DNA from: Macrostomum hystrix
Taxonomy: Eukaryota; Animalia; Platyhelminthes
Direction of reading: 5' to 3'
DNA: 64,000 nt
Assembly (NCBI GenBank): GCA_950097015.1
Contig: CATNEN010000027.1
Location: forward strand, 496,001-560,000
Below, in pieces: positions 57,539 through 64,000 of the stretch (the first letter of the stretch is position 1; each line of letters opens with the position of its first letter). The position numbers and the translations under genes were made by a program. Below the pieces are notes generated by a model. That model was not told the DNA's origin. It did not search any database and saw nothing but the letters and a program-made list of their open reading frames with translations.

Positions 57539-58807
57539 ATGATGAATTTCACAGTGCCCTTTAATAATAAGCCATCTGGGACTTCGATTGCGACAGATGA
57601 CTCGACTAGACTGGAGTGCGAAAACGCTGCAGCCCGACGATTGAAGTTCAAGCTAGACAGATTGCAACCAACTTTGCTTCACCAGCAGCAGCAGCAGCAG
57701 CCGGAGGAGCAGCTACACGAGCAGCATCAGCCAACGGATGAGTTTCGCAAGCGAAGGGCTTCGATGCCGGCTGGCGGTTTGGCAACGGATGACAATCTAG
57801 ATATCAATGAAAGTTCGGCTAGATTCCAAAATGAGGTAAATAGCTAAATCATTGAATTATTAAACTATCGTATCAGCTTTTATCTGGAGTCGATAAAATA
57901 CAGCTCTACTAGAAGTAGTAGCGCAATTATATATACAAATTCAAATGAAAAATTCGTCAACTATTCAAACAACCCTCAGCACTTTCGTCACAGTTCACTC
58001 ATCTGTCAGCTGCCTTCGGCCGTCCCTGGAATGAGCTGCTTTGCAGCCACAACCTTGGGGGCTGCGACTGCTGCCGCGGCGTCGCCATCGAGTCCTTGTA
58101 GCGTCGCGGCCAGCGTCGGCTCCGATTGTCCTGCAGGCGGCGTAGCAGACACCGACGAAGAAGATGGAGGACCGTCGTCGGCCAAGCGATCGCGCAGCGG
58201 CAGCGGCAGCAGCGTCGATTCCGTGGCTAGGGTCGCAGCCGACCTCCTCGGACGAATCGGCACAGCTGCGGCTGCGAGCCAGCAGCAGCAGCAGCAAAGC
58301 GGCGAGTTGGGCGAAATTCAAGCGCTGCTGATACCACTGAGAGCGCTGAGCAGTCCTCTGAACACCCCGGTGCAAGTTGTGGTGCTTCGCTCCGCGCCTC
58401 GACTGCAAGCGACAGCCCAGCTCTCGCCGCCGCAGCCGCCGCCTCCGCCGCCGCCACCGCCACCGTCGCGGCAGCCGCCTCAACAGGCGAGGCGCAGGCA
58501 GAAGCCGCACCTGTGCGATCATCCAGACTGCGGCAAGTCCTACTACAAGAGCTCTCACCTGAAGGCGCACTATCGGAATCACACCGGCGAGAAGCCCTAC
58601 AGCTGCGACTGGCCGGCCTGCGACCGCGTATTCGCCCGCTCCGACGAACTGTCGCGTCACAAGCGAGCTCACACCGGCGAGAAAAGATTCAACTGCGCCA
58701 GGTGTCACCGCCTGTTTAGCCGCAGCGATCACCTGGCGAAGCATCTGCGCCGGCATGACGAGGAGGACGACGCTGCTGCTGCGATGGCCGAACTTGCGGC
58801 CAACTAA
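57539..58807 (+). CDS. Kruppel-like factor (KLF10/11/cabut- or KLF9/13/14/16-like), 2 coding exons, ~364 aa
   Basis: Three C-terminal C2H2 fingers with TGEK(P) linkers: [30 protein letters not shown]. Exon 2 58010-58807. Exon 1 57539-57835 is inferred from GAG|gtaaat and a phase-0 acceptor tgtcag at 58009 (less certain). Confidence 0.9.
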
Positions 58808-59597
58808 GACTAGATTCCAAATTTTCTAATATTATTGATACTATTCGATTCTGAGAATCTTTCAACGCACGGAAATTTATTGAAATGATTGCTGAAACCA
58901 GTGCCGCCTTCTGAGTGTTTATTGCACACTTTATGCTCTGATATAGTTGCACGCACGTTACACACGTTTAATCAAATTACCGCGTTTCTATTCTACTTTT
59001 CCTAGTAGTTCGTTTTGTATGCCCTCTTACCGCTATCCAATGTCTTGTTACTTATTTTTCTGAAATGACCGTGTCCTTGACACCGCGGCAGTCCGTCTCT
59101 TTCTCACAGCCCTGTCTTTCGACCCCGCGGCGCTGCAATTTCGGAGAGTTGAAAATAAGCACAAAAACTCCCCAACTGCTGTCTTCATATTTATAATTTG
59201 TTAATTCTGTCGAATCATTTCCATGATGGCACTAATCATTTATCGTCCGCGTGATACACTCTGCGCAGCGTATAGCTTTCAGTTCTGCCGTACCATCATT
59301 TACTATCTAAACCGTCAGTACTTCGCGTCATACTACTGTTTAAGTAGTGCAAAACTGATATCATATATTCATTGCATTTTTTAAAGCGAAACAGAGTTTT
59401 TTTACCCTCCCAGCGTTTTCTAAGTCCTGCATGAAGCCGTTTTATCAGACACCATGTTTCAGTCCATCAAACTTCAGAACACTCTTTTGTTAGTTCAATA
59501 ATTTGAAAAATAAAACATGGCCCATGAAATGAGCGGCATTTGAAAACAAAATCACTTCTATACTATACGACAATACACTGTAAAACAAATGTTTTAC

Positions 59598-59824
59598 AGC
59601 ACTAGAACAATCTGTGTCCTTTATCAAGACACTTAACTCTGCATTGCTGTTAAATGGGTACCAGCATCAGCTGGGGTAATTGAGGGTGGGTGTGGCGTCC
59701 CCCCAGTCCATGGACTGAACAGCCGTACGCAGCCTTCAGATGCGCCGCGCAATAGCTGCGGCTGTGCTGTCGGCTGCACATCAGGCCTGATTGGGGCAGG
59801 TGAAATAAATAAATATTATTATTA
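59598..59824 (+). mobile_element. Headless copy of the 43.7-kb SINE family
   Basis: gtgtcctttatcaagacacttaac (CORE/V-like), ttaaatgggtaccagcatcagctggggtaatt...agtccatggactgaacagccgtacgcag shared with 43665-43760, AT-rich tail. Confidence 0.78.
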
Positions 59825-60426
59825 GTAGAGCAAAAATAAAACGAACCTAATTAAATTTTATTTGATGAACAAGCAGAATGCACTTGAATTGTGAAATTCT
59901 AATTAATTATGCCAACAATGAGCTAAAAATATACTTCTAAGGTTTTTCGAGGTCTGGCAAAAAGTTTGCCCGAAAAAATGAACTCAATATCAAAATCAAG
60001 CATCTTGTTAGTGGCACAAACTAGAAATTCATCTTCTATAGCTTAGCATAATGGCAAAAAAGGAATTTTAGATCCTAAAAACGACCTTTGCTGTACCTCA
60101 CAGCCATTTTGTGGCACTTTTTTAGATTTAGAGCTAAAAAGCTGAAGGCCGCCAATCGATCGGCAGGCTAGTGTACGCTAGTTGGTGTACATTAATGAAT
60201 TTCTACAACCCCATGCAGTCTCCATGGCAACGTCGAGAAAGGTTTCCTTCTCAGCCGGCCTTGGTTGGATTAGAAAAAAGAGGAGAATGCCAATGGGGAG
60301 AGAAATGGGATCTGTCTGCCTGCACTCATAACGTGGCATAACTAGTCTCAGCTAAAGTGGTGAATTTAGTCCGAAGTGGACGATTGTTAAGCGTTGATAC
60401 TGCAAAGGAAACTTTTGTGCAACAAA

Positions 60427-62029
60427 ATGACCGAAAATTCGGCTGTGTTTGGCACCTGGGAAGCTTACAAGAGCGAGAACATCGAGGCGGTGATGGAGAA
60501 GGCTGGTGAGGAGATCAATGCCAAGATTGTCTGGGGTGGTGTTATTTCAATCTTTATTATGCGAGTACGAGTATATAGTGTCGCAGCTGTTGCTGTTGCT
60601 GGGGACTGACCACCAGGAAGAGGACGCTCGGTGCTCATCCCCTGAACTCCGGGGACCATCCTGAACTCCTGGGACCATCCTGAACTCAAAGGACCATATT
60701 TAACTCCAAGGACCATATAGAACTCCAAGGATCATCTTGAACTCCAAGGACCATCTTGAACTCCAAGGACCACCTTGAACTCCGGGGACCATCCTGAACT
60801 CAAAAGACCATATTGAACTCCAAGGACCACCATCTTGAACTCCAAGGACCATCTTGAACTCCAAGGACCATCTTGAACTCCAAGGACCATCTTGAACTCC
60901 AAGGACCATCTTGAACTACAAGGACCATATTGAACTCCAAGGACCATCCTGAACTCCTGGGCAACCTTAACTCAGAGGAAACACCGAAGCAATAAAAATG
61001 GAACGAACCCGCAGGGGCCTCCTTCTTGGCCAAGAAGGTCTCCGGCAACGCCAATCCGACGATGACAATCACCAAAGTCGACGGCAAATCGATCCGCATT
61101 GCCAGCAGGATGTTGGCATTCAGCGTCGACCAGGAGCTGGAGCTTGGCGGCATCCGGCGATTCAAGCCGCCGCAGGGCGACGAGCAGGACTGCAGCGCCG
61201 AGTGGCGCGACGGCAAGCTGCTGGTGTTCGCCGGCAAGCCGGGCAGTGACATCCGCGCCCCGGGAGGCATTGTGCAGACGCGCGAGGTGCTGGACAACGG
61301 AGAACTGCTACTGGTGCGGATTTTGACTAGCTTTGTTACTGGTCTAGTTAGGGATACGTTAACAAGGATTTCTCGGTTGCGAGGAAAGGATTTCTATGGG
61401 ATAAAATTCTTAAAAAACAATTTTTTGTTATGCTTGTTTCTAGGAATATATTCATCGCGTTACCTGTTTCTTGCAATCATTTTTTTTCAAATTATCTGTT
61501 TATTAAAATCTAATTTTATGGGATATATTTTTCTTCGAATCATTTTCAATGGGGTATCTGTTTCTTGGAATCCGTTTCAATGGGGTATCTGTTTCTTGGA
61601 GCCGGTTTCAATGGTTATCTGTTTCTTGGAATCATTTTCAATGGGGTATCTGTTTCTTGGAGCCGGTTTCAATGGTTATCTGTTTCTTGGAATCATTTTC
61701 AATGGGGTATCTGTTTCTTGGAATCCGTTTCAATGGGGTATCTGTTTCTTGGAGCCGGTTTCAATGGTTATCTGTTTTTTGGAATCCGTTTCAATGGGGT
61801 ATCTGTTTCTTGGAATCATTTTCAATGGGGTATCTGTTTATTGGAATTATTTTCAATGGGGTATCTGTTTCTTGGAATCGGTTTCAATGGGGTATTTGTT
61901 TCTTGGAATCGATATATGTAGATAGGTGGATTTGGTGGAGTTTTTCATTATTTGTTAATTGCAAAAATGTTCTTTCAGACAATGCGAGCCGGAGATACTG
62001 TCGGTCACCGCTGGTTCAAGAAGAAGTGA
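60427..62029 (+). CDS. Fatty acid-binding protein / intracellular lipid-binding protein, 3 exons, 142 aa
   Basis: Exons 60427-60505, 61015-61313, 61979-62029. FGTWEAYKSENIEAVMEKAG (GxW motif), KKVSGNANPTMTIT, QTREVLDNGELLLTM...HRWFKKK. Confidence 0.88.
60640..60960. repeat. 19-bp minisatellite in FABP intron 1
   Basis: Unit gaactccaaggaccatctt. Confidence 0.92.
61545..61910. repeat. ~30-bp minisatellite in FABP intron 2
   Basis: Unit ttttcaatggggtatctgtttcttggaatca with variants. Confidence 0.92.
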
Positions 62030-63008
62030 AAAAGACTGACCAACTGGACCAAAAATACACAGCAGATTGAGCATTGTCTTGAGTGAAAACTATCTTTTTA
62101 AACCCGTTGAACTATCATTGTTAAACATCGTTGAACATCTCGACGATGCCGACGTTCTGTGATTTTAGTCCCGGGTTCTGGATTTTCATGACAATTGGTT
62201 ATCTATTTTAAGAGATATTATCTTTCTCTTATTTATAACTATTTTCCCTTTGCGTAGCGCTTACTCACAAGTAGAGAAAATGCACATTTGCATACAAAAA
62301 GTGGATAGAAAAAAAATCAAAAAGTAAATCAATGGCAGATGCAGGAAAATACTTGAAAATTAAACTTCAAAGCCCACACTAAAGGAAAAATAAATAGCGA
62401 ACACTTTGTGACTCTGAGGTCGCTATGACAGAAAGACAGCAATAGTCGTAATGAATTCATATATCTGAGCTTGAGCAGTTTGAGCAGTTGAAAGGGTCAG
62501 ACAAAAACTATGAATTCATTTCGGTATTGAGTCGCCATTTAGTTAGTCGTTGCTACCTGGCCAGATATACACAAATGCTGAATTCTATTAATTGAGGCTC
62601 GCCAATGCACATTTTGGCACGGCTCACGCAACTCAAACATTCGATGGCACGTGTTCTGCCTGCCTGTCGGTTTGCCTGCTCAAATAAGCCTCTCTTCACG
62701 AAAAAAACTATACGAGTTTAAGAGACAATGTGGACAATAAGTCTCTGGACACCAACCTGTGATTCTCTCAGCTCAGACTTTAAATTACTGTCGGTGTAAC
62801 GAAAAATTAAATCCAAGAGAGAAGAGAGAGAAATAATACTACACGATAAATTCATTCTAGCTTGGAGCACAAAAGAATTTACCCGAAAAGCTGCATGAGT
62901 TGAAGTTGCATATAAACAGGACTACATTGCCTCGTTGAGTTGCCGCTGTCTAAGTGATTTTGTTTATTCTCAACAGACTTTGTTCATCTTGCTTTCTATT
63001 AAGAAAAA

Positions 63009-63041
63009 ATGTTCCGCTCTAAGACAACAGCAAACAGTTCT

Positions 63042-63073
<32 letters not shown>

Positions 63074-63650
63074 CACGGCGGAAACGACATCAACAACCAA
63101 CTCTAAAACAAAAAGTGGATTCGCTACGGTGGACAGTGAGTTCATGAGTTCAATAGGACGCTCGTTCATGCCTAACAGGTTCATTCATGTCTAACAGGTT
63201 CATTCATGTCTAACAGGTTCATTCATGTCTAACAGGTTCATTCATGTCTAACAGGTTCATTCATGTCTAACAGGTTCATTAATGTCTAACAGGTTCATTC
63301 ATGTCTAACAGGTTCATTCATGTCTAACAGGTCCATTCATGTCTAACAGGTTCATTCATGTCTAACAGGTTCATTCATATCGACTGAATTCGAGAACACG
63401 AATAATTGAATTCGCAGAGCTCAAGCTGAAGCGCTTCGTGCCCAGGTACGTGAAGAGCGGACAGCGCAGCAACACGGTTGAATATGACCAGGTGGCTCAG
63501 AGGCGCGGCATGGTGGTCCGACGCGGCGAGTACTTTTACCTGGACTTAGAGTTCGAAGAAATCTTCGACGACTATGACCTGCTATCGTTCCGCGTCAGCG
63601 TGGAGGACTTCGGCTTCGAAGCCTACAAAAAGTCATGGCACCTGAAGGAG
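63009..63650 (+). CDS. Transglutaminase-like protein, N-terminal part (first two exons; gene continues beyond the window)
   Basis: Exons 63009-63135 (|gtgagt) and 63418-63650 (|gtgaga), phase-compatible. NTVEYDQ...MVVRRGEYFYLDLEF resembles the transglutaminase N-terminal H/N-T-x-x-Y...LVVRRGQxF motif. The catalytic domain is not in the window. Confidence 0.65.
63165..63378. repeat. 19-bp minisatellite in intron 1 of the transglutaminase-like gene, ~11 copies
   Basis: Unit gttcattcatgtctaacag. Confidence 0.93.
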
Positions 63651-63666
63651 GTGAGAGCTTGATCCG

Positions 63667-64000
63667 GTGTCTAACAGGATGGGCTGTCTAACAGGGTGGG
63701 GTGTCTAACAGGGTGGGGTGTCTAACACGGTGGGTGTCTAACAGGATGAGGTGTCTTACAGGGGGCGTCTAACAGGGTGGGATGACTAAAAGGATGGGCA
63801 GTCTTATAGTATGGGGGTCTAACAGGATAAGGATCTAACAGGATGTGGTGTCTATCAGGGTGGGTAGTCTAACAGGATGGGGTATTCAACAGGATGGGGT
63901 TTCTAACAGGATAGTGTGTCTTAAAGGGGGTGTCTAACAGGGTGGGATCACTAACAGGATGGGGTGTCTAACAGGGTGGGGTGTCTAAGAGGGTGGGATG
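63667..64000. repeat. Degenerate ~19-20-bp G-rich minisatellite in intron 2 (runs off the window)
   Basis: Unit gtgtctaacagggtgggg. Confidence 0.88.

Noticed and set aside
57995-58756. 253-aa minus-strand ORF
   Set aside because: Antisense shadow of the KLF CDS.

Overview
Eukaryotic (animal) genomic DNA with GC-rich, CAG-rich exons and AT-rich or minisatellite-filled introns. The style suggests a free-living flatworm such as Macrostomum, but this is inference only. Genes reconstructed by hand from GT-AG junctions, minus strand: ATAD3 (7 exons, 600 aa), cytosolic malate dehydrogenase MDH1 (4 coding exons, 334 aa), an AQP8/TIP-like aquaporin (5 exons, 273 aa) and a TRAPPC1/Bet5 homolog with a single coding exon. 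Plus strand: a class-A peptide-type GPCR with a single coding exon, a KLF zinc-finger factor, a FABP and the first two exons of a transglutaminase-like gene. Mobile DNA: an intact mariner (31-bp perfect TIRs, TA TSD, DD34D) inside an ATAD3 intron, two pairs of nested MITEs with TSDs, a Penelope-type fragment carrying a minimal type I hammerhead ribozyme motif, tRNA-derived SINEs and two LINE fragments. Roughly a third of the window is tandem repeat (4-37 bp units), concentrated at 17-51 kb. The long ORFs in the supplied track over these arrays are translation artefacts. A possible unrecognised micro-exon gene straddles the 35-bp array at 45.4-49.6 kb.
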